A stretch of 64,000 nucleotides of DNA, from contig JAWLHY010000006.1 of the NCBI GenBank assembly GCA_041690135.1, positions 32,001 through 96,000 on the forward strand, in the 5' to 3' direction. The translations under genes and the position numbers were made by a program. Positions 10,100 through 18,823 of the stretch are shown one piece after another (position 1 is the first letter of the stretch; the number at the start of each line of letters is the position of its first letter). The notes below the pieces were generated by a model. The model ran no database searches. It saw only the letters and a list, made by a program, of their open reading frames with translations, and was not told where the DNA came from. Source of the stretch: Armatimonadota bacterium. Its GTDB lineage: Bacteria; Armatimonadota; SYMT01.

Positions 10100-13015
10100 C
10101 TAGTCTTCCGTCCCACCCCCGAGCAATCGCTTCAATTCCTGGGGGTTGATCGGCTTGACCAGATGGTGGTCCACCCCGGCTTCCCGCGAGCGCAGGCGAT
10201 CCTCGTCCTGTCCGTATCCGGTGAGCGCCACCACCATTGCCCCCACTGCCTCTGGAGTCTGCCGCAGTCGCCGCGCTACCTCATAGCCGTCCATTCCCGG
10301 CAGACCGATATCCAGCAGCACCACCTCCGGCCGAAACTCGGGTACGACGACAAGCGCGGTCGGACCATCGTGGACGCAGCGGGCGGTATGGCCCCACAAT
10401 TCAAGCAAGTCCACCAGGGTCTGCGCCGCGTCCGCGTCGTCTTCGATCACGAGAACCCGCTTACCTGCTCCCGTCCTATCCCCGTTGGACTCAACCGCTC
10501 CCGGCGTAACAGTAGGCTCTTCCGTGCAGGCGGGCAAGGATACGATGAACTCACTGCCGTGTCCCGGACCTGCGCTGGTGGCGGAAACCGAGCCGCCATG
10601 CAACTCTACCAGGCCCTTGACCAGGGCCAGCCCCAGCCCCAGACCGCCCTCGGAGCGATCCAGCGTGTGGTCGGCTTGAATAAACACTTCAAAGAGGCGA
10701 GGGAGGATTACCGGGTCGATCCCGATACCGGTATCCCGGACCCGGATCTGAACCTGTCCCTCCAGCCGCTCTAGCGCCAAGATTATCTGTCCGCCGGGTT
10801 CCGTGTATTTGGCCGCGTTGTGCAGCAGGTTTCCCAGCACCTGTTCCAGGCGGGTGGCATCCGCCTCGACCCAGATGGTTCCGGAGGGCAAGACCGCCGA
10901 GAGCTGGTGTCGGCGAGCCTCCACCTGCGGGCGGCTGGTTTCGACCACGTGGGAGACGAGCGCCACAAGATCGAGCGGGGTCTTCTGCAAGTGGATCTTG
11001 CCCCGCGTGATCCGCGATACATCGAGGAGATCGTCCACCAGACGCGCCAGGTGTTGCACCTGCCGCTCCATGATCTCCTGGTTCCTTCGCTGTGCTGGAT
11101 CAGTGACCTTTTGCAGGCGCATTAACTCCAGAGCATAGCGGAGGGAAGCCAGCGGATTGCGTAACTCGTGCGCGAGCATGGCCAGGAACTGATCTTTGGC
11201 CTGATCCGCTTCCGCAAGCTGTGCCGCTCGCTGGCGCAACTCCCCTTCGAGTTGCTTTTGCTCCGTGATATCGCGGACGATCCCGGTAAAGAAGCGGCGG
11301 CCTCCCAACTGAAACTCGCTGACCGCCAGGTCCATCGGGAATGTGGAGCCGGTTTTTCGGCGGCCCACCACTTCCCTGCCAAGTCCCATGACTCGTGCCT
11401 GCCCGGAGTGCAGGTAGTTCATGAGGTACGCGTCGTGCTGGCTATGGTACGGCTCCGGCATCAATATCTTGACGTTGCGACCCACCACCTCCTCGGCCCG
11501 GAAGCCGAAGATCCGTTCCGCCGCCGGGTTGAAGGTCTCCACGATGCCATGCGCGTCGATGGTGACGATGGCGTCGAGCACGTGGTCTACGACCGACCGC
11601 ATCCGCGCTTCACTATCGCGCAGGGCCTGCTCGGCTTCGTAGCGCTGGGTAATGTCGCGGATAATTACCGTGAAGAATCGCTGCCCACCCGCGACCACCT
11701 GCGAGATCGTCGCTTCGATGGGGAACTCCTCGCCATCCGCCCGGACTGCGGTCAGGGTGCCGAGCGTGCGCATGGAGCGGCTGGTGTCCCCGGTTTCCCC
11801 AAAGCCCCGCACGTATCCGTCGTGAGCCGCCCGGAAGCGTTCGGGAATAAACCGGTCGAGCGGTTGCCCGATGGCAGCAGACGCGGGACAGCGGAACATT
11901 TGCTCCGCAGCGGCATTGAAGACCCGTATCCGCTGATCTTCCCCGATGCTGATGATGGCGTCCATCGCCGACCCGATGATTCCGGCGAGCCGCGCTTCGC
12001 CTTCCCGTAGCGCCGCTTCCGTCCGCTTCCGTTCGGCGAGTTCTTCTTGCATAGCCTGGTACAGCCGGGTGTACTCGTCGCCCAGGGCAATCCGGTCCGC
12101 AACCACCTGGAGGAGCCCCTCGTCGTCCGGGGTGAAGGGTCGGGGCGAAAAGCTCCCGACGTGCAGAAACCCGGTTATCTTCCCTTGGACGACCAGCGGG
12201 ACCCCGAACTGCGACCGTACGTCCTTTTCTTGCAGCAACGGCTTGAGGATTTCCGAGTAGTCAAAGTTCCGGGTGCAGTCGGGGTGCCGGGCCGAGGCCA
12301 GGTAGTCCGCAAAACGCTTGTCGAGGGGGAAACGCTCCCCGCCTTCAACCTCGCCTTGCAGTCCGGTGGCGGCCCGCACTACCAGCGCCTCGCCTTCCAC
12401 GAGAAGGACCATGGCCAGATCCGCCAGGAGGAGGCTGCGAACGCGGTACAGTAGCTCGGGCAGTAGCTGGTCCAGGGAAAGATACGAGAGGGTCGCTTCG
12501 CTGACGCTCCGCAGCCGCTGTAGTCGCGCTGAAGCGTTCTCGGCTTGCACCTGCGCTGCTTCGGCGACCAGGAGGTGACGCGCATCAGCCTCCGCTCTCC
12601 GGCGCTCGGTGAAATCGCGGGTGATCTTGGCAAATCCGACGAACGTTCCCGCCTCGTAAAGCGCGGTAACAACCACGTTGGCCCAAAAGCGGGACCCGTC
12701 CTTGCGGACCCGCCAGCCTTCTTCCTCGTACCGCCCTGCGCGGCGGGCGATCTCCAGGACCTGCCCGGGGTGGTGGCGCTGCACATCCTCGGGGAGATAG
12801 AACCGGGAGAAGTGCTCGCCGATGATCTCCTCCGCCGCGTAACCTTTGAGTCGTTCCGCCCCGGCATTCCAACTGACGACGCGTCCCACGGGGTCGAGCA
12901 GGAAGATGGCGTAGTCTTGCACGCTCTGGACCAGAAGGCGCAGCGGATCTACACTGACGGGCGAATGGCCCAAGCCATCCCCGCCCCCGCTCGCCTGCTC
13001 CGGTTCTGTTGTCAT
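10100..13015 (-). CDS. hybrid sensor histidine kinase PAS-GAF-PAS-PAS(FixL-like heme)-HisKA-HATPase-REC
   Basis: LAHELRNPL H-box, G-boxes and LLDIGLPGMDG receiver. The last PAS has FixL-like LMPEPYHSQHDAYL. Confidence 0.95.
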   Translation of the reverse strand: MTTEPEQASGGGDGLGHSPVSVDPLRLLVQSVQDYAIFLLDPVGRVVSWNAGAERLKGYAAEEIIGEHFSRFYLPEDVQRHHPGQVLEIARRAGRYEEEGWRVRKDGSRFWANVVVTALYEAGTFVGFAKITRDFTERRRAEADARHLLVAEAAQVQAENASARLQRLRSVSEATLSYLSLDQLLPELLYRVRSLLLADLAMVLLVEGEALVVRAATGLQGEVEGGERFPLDKRFADYLASARHPDCTRNFDYSEILKPLLQEKDVRSQFGVPLVVQGKITGFLHVGSFSPRPFTPDDEGLLQVVADRIALGDEYTRLYQAMQEELAERKRTEAALREGEARLAGIIGSAMDAIISIGEDQRIRVFNAAAEQMFRCPASAAIGQPLDRFIPERFRAAHDGYVRGFGETGDTSRSMRTLGTLTAVRADGEEFPIEATISQVVAGGQRFFTVIIRDITQRYEAEQALRDSEARMRSVVDHVLDAIVTIDAHGIVETFNPAAERIFGFRAEEVVGRNVKILMPEPYHSQHDAYLMNYLHSGQARVMGLGREVVGRRKTGSTFPMDLAVSEFQLGGRRFFTGIVRDITEQKQLEGELRQRAAQLAEADQAKDQFLAMLAHELRNPLASLRYALELMRLQKVTDPAQRRNQEIMERQVQHLARLVDDLLDVSRITRGKIHLQKTPLDLVALVSHVVETSRPQVEARRHQLSAVLPSGTIWVEADATRLEQVLGNLLHNAAKYTEPGGQIILALERLEGQVQIRVRDTGIGIDPVILPRLFEVFIQADHTLDRSEGGLGLGLALVKGLVELHGGSVSATSAGPGHGSEFIVSLPACTEEPTVTPGAVESNGDRTGAGKRVLVIEDDADAAQTLVDLLELWGHTARCVHDGPTALVVVPEFRPEVVLLDIGLPGMDGYEVARRLRQTPEAVGAMVVALTGYGQDEDRLRSREAGVDHHLVKPINPQELKRLLGGGTED

Positions 13016-13564
13016 AGAGTTCTTCCCACCTGCTGGTACGCCGCAGCAGTTTTGAGAGCCTGCTGTCGATGCTGGGGGGAGCCATTCTAACGCCCTTGGG
13101 GTGGTTGGACGTGAGTCAGGGGACCCGATACGGCACAGCGGTTGTGCCCTTGACGCCCGTCACCTCCGGGTTGGATACCGGATATCGGGGTGGCCAGCCG
13201 TTGGCGGCAGCGCGAGGAGTTTGCCGTCCGCAGCTACAGCAAAGCGCATGGGTAACATTCTGCAGGGAACTGGGAAATGCCTGCATCACGGTCAATTTGG
13301 TGATACGGACCCGCCCTGGGCTCACTGCAAATGTTGGCGGTTATGGGGAGCGGCTCCAGGGGGAAGGGTGCAACGCGGTGCAACTCGGTTACTTGTATAG
13401 CGGAATCGACCGGGCACATAGGTGACAGGCAAGCAAAGTCAAGGCCCTCATGGCGCAATGCCGAGGACACAGAACCCTGGATGGTTCGTGCTCGTTTTCC
13501 CACCCTGGATACTGGCGGTGCAGGAAGGCGTCTAGCGCCTGCATTTGCGGACCCCAGAAACGCG

Positions 13565-13604
13565 CAACGAACTCCAGAGAGGACCACGCCCCTGGAGTTC
13601 GTTG
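13565..13604. repeat. 13-bp perfect inverted repeat (hairpin)
   Basis: CAACGAACTCCAG (13565-13577) and CTGGAGTTCGTTG (13592-13604); no T-tract. Confidence 0.6.
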
Positions 13605-13834
13605 GAGGTGACTTAAGCGTCTCGGGCTACCGAAACTTCCCCGTGCTTCGGCAGCCCGAGCACCACCGCTACCTCTACCTGCCCGTGGCGGCGATCCGAC
13701 AAACTCCATTTTGGTTGGGCACCGTGACTTGGGCCGGATCGAGCGGGGTTATCACGCCAGGAACCGGAATAGGTTTACTCGGTAGCCCGGACTAACCTAT
13801 CGTAGTTGGCCAACTTGTATCCTGGAAGCACAGG

Positions 13835-14113
13835 GTGCCTGGCCATGTTTACCCCTTTCCCTATTTGCTCGTCAGCGAGGTGACCGCCGAGGTGATGGAG
13901 ATCTTCAACACCGCCCATGTGTTGGTCAGGCAGGGCAGTTGCGCAGCGGGTTACCGCCATCTGCATGAGGCTCTCGCACGGTGTGCTGCGGGCCTTGAGA
14001 CCGAACCACCGCCCGATGCGGAGTGCTTCCGGTATTCCGCCTACTGCACAGCACTGGCACGCTGCTGCGCTCGTTATCTTCCCGAGGGGCCGCCCACTGA
14101 AGACCGGAAGTGA
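13835..14113 (+). CDS. small three-helix protein, unrecognised paralogue family (copy E, divergent)
   Basis: A-x6-G-x4-GY-x2-L-x3-L-x-R pattern and C-terminal AYCTALARCCARY match the family; start uncertain. Confidence 0.6.
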   Translation: MPGHVYPFPYLLVSEVTAEVMEIFNTAHVLVRQGSCAAGYRHLHEALARCAAGLETEPPPDAECFRYSAYCTALARCCARYLPEGPPTEDRK

Positions 14114-14137
14114 TGAGATCGCGCCGAGAGGTAGATA

Positions 14138-14359
14138 GTGGTTTCCCAAACGGAGATGCTTGAGTTCATCCTGGTCTATTCCGAGGCTGAAGCCCAGGCC
14201 AAGCGGGACAACCGAGCTTGCGGCTATCTGCTGTTGTGGGAGGGGCTGCGCCGAGCGGAGACGTCATGGGTCATGCACCGTGAGGCGCTGGTGGATTTGT
14301 GGCAGCGGGGCATCCAACGGTTTCAGAGTCGGTACCCCACCGAGGGGCACCCGAAGTGA
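14138..14359 (+). CDS. small three-helix protein, unrecognised paralogue family (copy D)
   Basis: GYLLLWEGLRRAE vs GYALLIRGLIRAE in copy A; GAGG RBS before GTG. Confidence 0.7.
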   Translation: MVSQTEMLEFILVYSEAEAQAKRDNRACGYLLLWEGLRRAETSWVMHREALVDLWQRGIQRFQSRYPTEGHPK

Positions 14360-14583
14360 GCCGCCGGAAACCTGCGTAGCGCCGTAGCGCGACCACGCCC
14401 CAGATGCACGCGGTCTCATCCGGGGCGTGGTCGAGGCGAGCCCTCGCAGTCGTAGAACGGAGCGCCTATGCAGGCAGAGCGAGCATCGCCTTGCACTCCC
14501 TCCCTGCCCGTTACAGCGGCCCCTCAAACGTATCTTATTCTCCTGCGCCTACCTCCGAGAGCCAGGCGGCCGGTGCCGACGCG

Positions 14584-14850
14584 TTAGGCACCCGTGGTAG
14601 GCACCCCGCAACGGGCACGGATGGCCGGTTGGTCGGCCAGGCGGCCGTACTCGGCCAGGGCCAACGTGTAGGCGCGACAGAGGTCGGTTGCCCACTCCTC
14701 GCCAGCCGCCGCACACCGACTGGCTCGTGCCAAACCGGCCAATAGACAGCGAGCGCCCGCTTCCGTATCCCCCCAACCGTGGAGGCGGCAGGCTTCGATT
14801 ACCGCTCGGCAGAGCAGCCGGTATTCGGTTAGGGGTAGCGCCGTGTCCAT
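14584..14850 (-). CDS. small three-helix protein, unrecognised paralogue family (copy C)
   Basis: LPLTEYRLL...GDTEAGARCLLAGLARA...WATDL..AY..ALAEY aligns ungapped to copies A and B. Confidence 0.72.
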   Translation of the reverse strand: MDTALPLTEYRLLCRAVIEACRLHGWGDTEAGARCLLAGLARASRCAAAGEEWATDLCRAYTLALAEYGRLADQPAIRARCGVPTTGA

Positions 14851-15510
14851 CAGCGGGGTCTTACCTGCGCGGATGGATTCTTAAGCAGGCGATCCGCCCA
14901 GCCCGCTACTGGGTTGGCGTGGATCTCATTCCGCACCGGGAAAGCCCCGACACGGCGGAGTAGAAGAAATAGGACCGCCGCGAACCTGGGAGCGAGGGTG
15001 CCAACATCGAGCGCTCCCGCGACTCGGAGAGCCGCCCCGGAATGACGTGGGGTTCCGGGGCGGCGAGGCTGTGGTTTAGAAGGACACTCGGGGTTAGGAG
15101 GGACCGTTATAGGGGACGGACCTCTGTCCCATAAGGTGCCCTGGTGTGGGAGTGCTTCAAACCACTTCTTGCTTGCGCCGCACTGTTGTCGTCGTTGGGT
15201 GACGGCTGCTTTGGGAGGCGCTCCGCGCTGCCGGGTTGGGCGCTGCCTGAAGGATTTCCTCAACGGGTGGAGACGGGTAGGTGCTCCTACCCGTCGCGGT
15301 TACTGCGGGCCAAAAGGGCAATGCGACGAACGCCAAGGAAGTGAAAGTTCCGCCCTTCCCATCAAGGGAATATCAAGGCCGGACCGGCTTCCCGAGGCGA
15401 GGGTCTTGGGAAAAGAACAGCCAAGACGCCGCTCCCGCCGCTGCCTGTACACCGAGGCCAGGTATCGTCCCCCGCATAATGCCGGTGAACGGCACTACCT
15501 CCCGTAGACG

Positions 15511-16548
15511 TCAGCGCAAGTTCATCCGGTCGCCGGGTGAGGCCCGCCGATGTGCCGCTTCCGCGTCGGCCTGGGTGATGAGCACGTACCGGCGCAGGAT
15601 CTCCAGGCTCTCGTGCCCCATCAGGACCTGCAACTCGTAAACGTTCCCTCCGGCCCGCAAGAACTCAATCGCGAAGGTGTGGCGGAACGTGTGGGGCGAG
15701 CAGCGCACGCCCTGGACCCCGGCCACCTGTCCGAGCCTGCGGATCACCTGTGTGAATCCCGAACGGGTCATGGCCTCCCCGGAACGAGTGCCACCTTCCG
15801 CCAGGAAGAGCGGCTCCTCGGGCTTTGCGCCCCGGCGCTGGACCTCCAGGTATCGCCGGACCGCCCGCCGCGCATCCCGGCCCAGATAGACCCGACGCCG
15901 CTTACCGCCCTTTCCGGTGACCGTGATCTCTCCGGTGCCACTCTCCACGTCCGCAATCCGCAAGGAGCCCACCTCGCTGATGCGGAGACCGCTGTCCAGG
16001 AGCACCCACAGCAAGGCCCGATTGCGTTCCGGCTGCTGGCTGCGCCGGGCGGCATCCAGGAGTGCCTGTATCTGCTCCGGGGTGAACGGCTGGATCTGAT
16101 CCTTCGGGGTCCGGGGCGGCTTGAGGTTCTGGAGTGGGGAGGCCGGAAGTAGCTCCTCACGGACGCAGAATTCCCCGAAGGCGTGCAGGTTGCGGTAGTC
16201 GTGGAGAAGCGTGTAGGGACGCGCAGGCCGCTTGGCGGTGGGCTTGCCGCAGCCGAACCGTCCTTCCGGGTGAGGCTCCCGCAGGTAGGCCAGGAATCGG
16301 CGGATGCGGTCTTTTGTGAGGGTGTGCAGGCTGGCGGGGACCTGTTCCTCGTGCTCTAGCCACCAAGCCACGCGGCGTAGCCCTTCGCGGCGATCCTGAA
16401 GGGTGCGCTCGGTCCAGCCCTGCGCCCGACCGTCGGCCAACCACAGCTCCACGGCCCGCATGAGGGCCAGGGATGATTCGGAGCGAGGGGAGGAGGTGGG
16501 GGGAGACTGGTGCTCTTTACTCCCCCGAGACTGGTGCTCTATTCTCAC
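15511..16548 (-). CDS. tyrosine recombinase/integrase
   Basis: SAM-like core-binding region, GLRISE, HTFRH, MGH, RRY; AGGAGA RBS before GTG; adjacent to the tRNA 3' end. Confidence 0.95.
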   Translation of the reverse strand: MRIEHQSRGSKEHQSPPTSSPRSESSLALMRAVELWLADGRAQGWTERTLQDRREGLRRVAWWLEHEEQVPASLHTLTKDRIRRFLAYLREPHPEGRFGCGKPTAKRPARPYTLLHDYRNLHAFGEFCVREELLPASPLQNLKPPRTPKDQIQPFTPEQIQALLDAARRSQQPERNRALLWVLLDSGLRISEVGSLRIADVESGTGEITVTGKGGKRRRVYLGRDARRAVRRYLEVQRRGAKPEEPLFLAEGGTRSGEAMTRSGFTQVIRRLGQVAGVQGVRCSPHTFRHTFAIEFLRAGGNVYELQVLMGHESLEILRRYVLITQADAEAAHRRASPGDRMNLR

Positions 16549-16605
16549 GTTTGCGTCTCCTGAACGAAGGGTCCAGCAAGACGCGTAACCGGAGACTGGT
16601 GCTCT
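16503..16605 (-). repeat. three direct 14-bp repeats matching the tRNA-Arg D-stem/anticodon stem
   Basis: GAGACTGGTGCTCT (+ strand) at 16503-16516, 16527-16540 and 16592-16605; AGACTGGTGCTCT also at 16684-16696 inside the tRNA. Confidence 0.9.
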
Positions 16606-16643
16606 ACTTACGCACGAAATGAGCGAGTGGGAAGGAAGGGAAA

Positions 16644-16717
16644 CGCTCGCGGAGGGATTCGAACCCCCGACACCCAGTTCCGAAGACTGGTGCTCTAATC
16701 CACTGAGCTACGCGAGC
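16644..16717 (-). tRNA. tRNA-Arg(TCG)
   Basis: Full cloverleaf: GCTCGCG acceptor, GCTC/GAGC D-stem with A20, CCAGT-CTTCGGA-ACTGG anticodon arm, GGGGG-TTCGAAT-CCCTC T-arm; CCA not encoded. Confidence 0.95.
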
Positions 16718-16844
16718 CTATGAAGGGTCCCAGCGACAACCCGCTTCCCATCTCTGATGGAGTAGTGGAAGACAGGCGGAACCGCCGGGAGCCCGATTAT
16801 AGCAGGTCCGGGATCGCAGCGGAAGACCGTTGAATCGCCGCACT

Positions 16845-17390
16845 TCAGCTTTGCCAGATCCACGCGCCGATCAGCTGTCCGGAGCCATCGATGGCGATGT
16901 CCAGGTAATCGCCGTCCAGCCGCATGCCGCTCCAGTCTCCCAGGTAGTACCGGAGGATCTCTCGCGTCCTCTCGTAACCGCGACCTTCGACCAGCGGCCG
17001 TCCCCGGTACTGCTCCCGGCCATCGGGCGGTCCGAGCAGTCGGACGACCGCCTCCCGCTTCATCCCCTTCTTCAGGTGGCGGCGGACCAGACTTCCCGCC
17101 ATCCGCCCGCGGAGGCTGTCCCGATCTGTCCTGGCCTCCAGCCACCGCTGCTGCTGGAAGGGCGCGCGGTGGAATGGGCTCAGCCGGAGTTGGAGCCACC
17201 CGGCGCCGACCGCACCGAGGGCAAAAACTCCGACGATGATCGCTCCGACCAGCAGGCTCGATCGTTCCGGGAGTGCGCGACGCTTGACGGCACCGAAGAT
17301 CCACGTACCGCCAAATCCGAGTATGGAGATCCCCAGCCCGGCGAGCATCAACAGATACAGAAGCGCCGCAAGCAACTGATCCGGGGTCAT
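16845..17390 (-). CDS. membrane protein with C-terminal SmpA/BamE-like domain
   Basis: Two N-terminal TM helices; LKKGMKREAVVRLLGPPD motif. Confidence 0.7.
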   Translation of the reverse strand: MTPDQLLAALLYLLMLAGLGISILGFGGTWIFGAVKRRALPERSSLLVGAIIVGVFALGAVGAGWLQLRLSPFHRAPFQQQRWLEARTDRDSLRGRMAGSLVRRHLKKGMKREAVVRLLGPPDGREQYRGRPLVEGRGYERTREILRYYLGDWSGMRLDGDYLDIAIDGSGQLIGAWIWQS

Positions 17391-17641
17391 GGGCGTCCGT
17401 CATCTCCGGTCAACGCAGTCTTCAAATACCACAGGTTTGGGAGGGAACGGGGCAGATTTAGCCAGTCTTGGGACACGCCAACCCCGTAGGGGTTTCACCT
17501 TGCAGTAGCCACAGATGCCTCAAACCTCACGTTTCACGTTTCACACAACACGCCCCTATCCGAGGCCCCCGCTGTGCCCATTGCTTTCGTACAGGACGAG
17601 CCGCACACAATGCGCAACTCGCAATGCTCCGTCACCTGCCA

Positions 17642-17664
17642 TATACCACGTGACGAGGTATACT
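17642..17664 (+). promoter_or_regulatory. palindromic operator overlapping the -10 box of a leaderless PadR gene
   Basis: TATACCACGTGACGAGGTATA is 18/21 self-complementary. TATACT (17659-17664) lies 6 nt before ATG 17671, with no SD. Confidence 0.65.
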
Positions 17665-17670
17665 TCCTGT

Positions 17671-18084
17671 ATGGAAGCACAGCGCGAACTTCTGCGAGGC
17701 AGCACACCCACCCTGGTCCTGGCGGTCCTGCGGGACGGTCCCCTTCATGGCTATGGGATCGCCCGCGAGATCGAGCGGCGGAGTGGACAGTCGCTGCAAT
17801 GCCGGGAAGGGACCCTCTACCCCGTGCTCCGAGCCCTGGAAGAGGAAGGGCTGATCGCGGGGGAGTGGCAACTGGCCGGGGAGCGACAGCGGAAGGTCTA
17901 TTCGCTCACTCCGGAAGGGCACGGCGCGTTGGAGCAGCGAGCACGCACCTGGGGAGAGTTCGTGGAGGCCGTGCAGCGCGTGTTGGCCGGAACAGGAGAT
18001 GAAAACGATGCCGCAGCACCTGGAACCCCAAGAGAACGGACTGACAACCCGTCCTTCCCTCTCCGACCCGAACCGGCCGGCTGA
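17671..18084 (+). CDS. PadR family transcriptional regulator
   Basis: LLRGSTPTLVLAVL..PLHGYGI..EGTLYPVLRALE..RKVYSLTPEG. Confidence 0.93.
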   Translation: MEAQRELLRGSTPTLVLAVLRDGPLHGYGIAREIERRSGQSLQCREGTLYPVLRALEEEGLIAGEWQLAGERQRKVYSLTPEGHGALEQRARTWGEFVEAVQRVLAGTGDENDAAAPGTPRERTDNPSFPLRPEPAG

Positions 18085-18751
18085 AGTCCCGCGCGAGGAA
18101 CCGGCTTTCACGGTTTACCTGGACGTGCTCTGCGCTCCATTGGAGAAGCTCGCACCCGGGGAATGGACCCGCGACCTGCGCGCGGAGATACTCTCCCACC
18201 TGGAGGCCCTGGCGGAAGCCTACGAGGAGCTGGGGGAGACGCGGGACGCCGCCATCCTTCAGGCGTGCCGCCAGCTCGGCGATCCCCACCAGCAGGGGAC
18301 CGCCTGGGCGGAGCGCTGGCAGCGGAAGCAGCCAGAACCGCACCGGCAAACTCTGCGGCTCGCCTTCTCCGGCTTCGGGCGCGCGCTCCTGCTCTCGGGG
18401 CTGCTCCTCTGGCTGTCGATGGCCAATAACCTGCACCACCCCGGCTGGATCCTCTCTCCGGGCGACCTGATGCGGATCGTGGGCGTGCTCGTGCTGCCCG
18501 TAATTGCGGGAGCCTGGCTGGGCCGCGTCTCCCGCGGCCGGCGCGTGATTGCCGCGGCCACGGCGATCAGCTCCCTCTCCCTGCTGACCGGTATTCTGGC
18601 GAACGTCTTTCCGGGCGACGATCCCCACGGCTTCCGCCTCTTCCTCTGGATGATGCAGGTGCTCTACTGGCTTCCCATCGGTGTCGCGGCGACGGGCTTC
18701 TCCGGGTGGTTTCACACCCGCTTAACCCAGAAGCGGCTGCTGGCTAAATAG
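18008..18751 (+). CDS. HAAS-domain-like multi-pass membrane protein (PadR partner)
   Basis: YLDVL..EILSHL..AILQACRQLGDP helical N-domain followed by about 4 TM helices; AGGAG RBS before ATG 18008. Confidence 0.75.
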   Translation: MPQHLEPQENGLTTRPSLSDPNRPAEVPREEPAFTVYLDVLCAPLEKLAPGEWTRDLRAEILSHLEALAEAYEELGETRDAAILQACRQLGDPHQQGTAWAERWQRKQPEPHRQTLRLAFSGFGRALLLSGLLLWLSMANNLHHPGWILSPGDLMRIVGVLVLPVIAGAWLGRVSRGRRVIAAATAISSLSLLTGILANVFPGDDPHGFRLFLWMMQVLYWLPIGVAATGFSGWFHTRLTQKRLLAK

Positions 18752-18823
18752 AGCCTTAGAGAAAGCCGTAACCGGAAGCAAGCACTGCGTGTCCCACTCC
18801 GCAGTTGGTTCCAGGAGGGCTCC

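Noticed and set aside
13131-13146. Sigma-54-like promoter CGGCAC-N5-TTGT
   Set aside because: The -12 GC is not conserved and there is no nearby downstream gene on that strand.
13389-13709. Possible sixth three-helix family member (AWSSLEFVARFW..ALDAFLHRQY)
   Set aside because: Only vague C-terminal resemblance; lacks the G-x3-L-x2-GL-x-RA core and overlaps a DNA hairpin.
14850-15510. ORFs between the small-protein cluster and the integrase
   Set aside because: No motifs, RBS or codon bias; no excisionase-like HTH could be recognised.
16503-16697. CRISPR-like array
   Set aside because: Repeats are only 13-14 bp, spacers are irregular (10, 51 and about 78 nt), one copy is part of a tRNA, and there are no cas genes.
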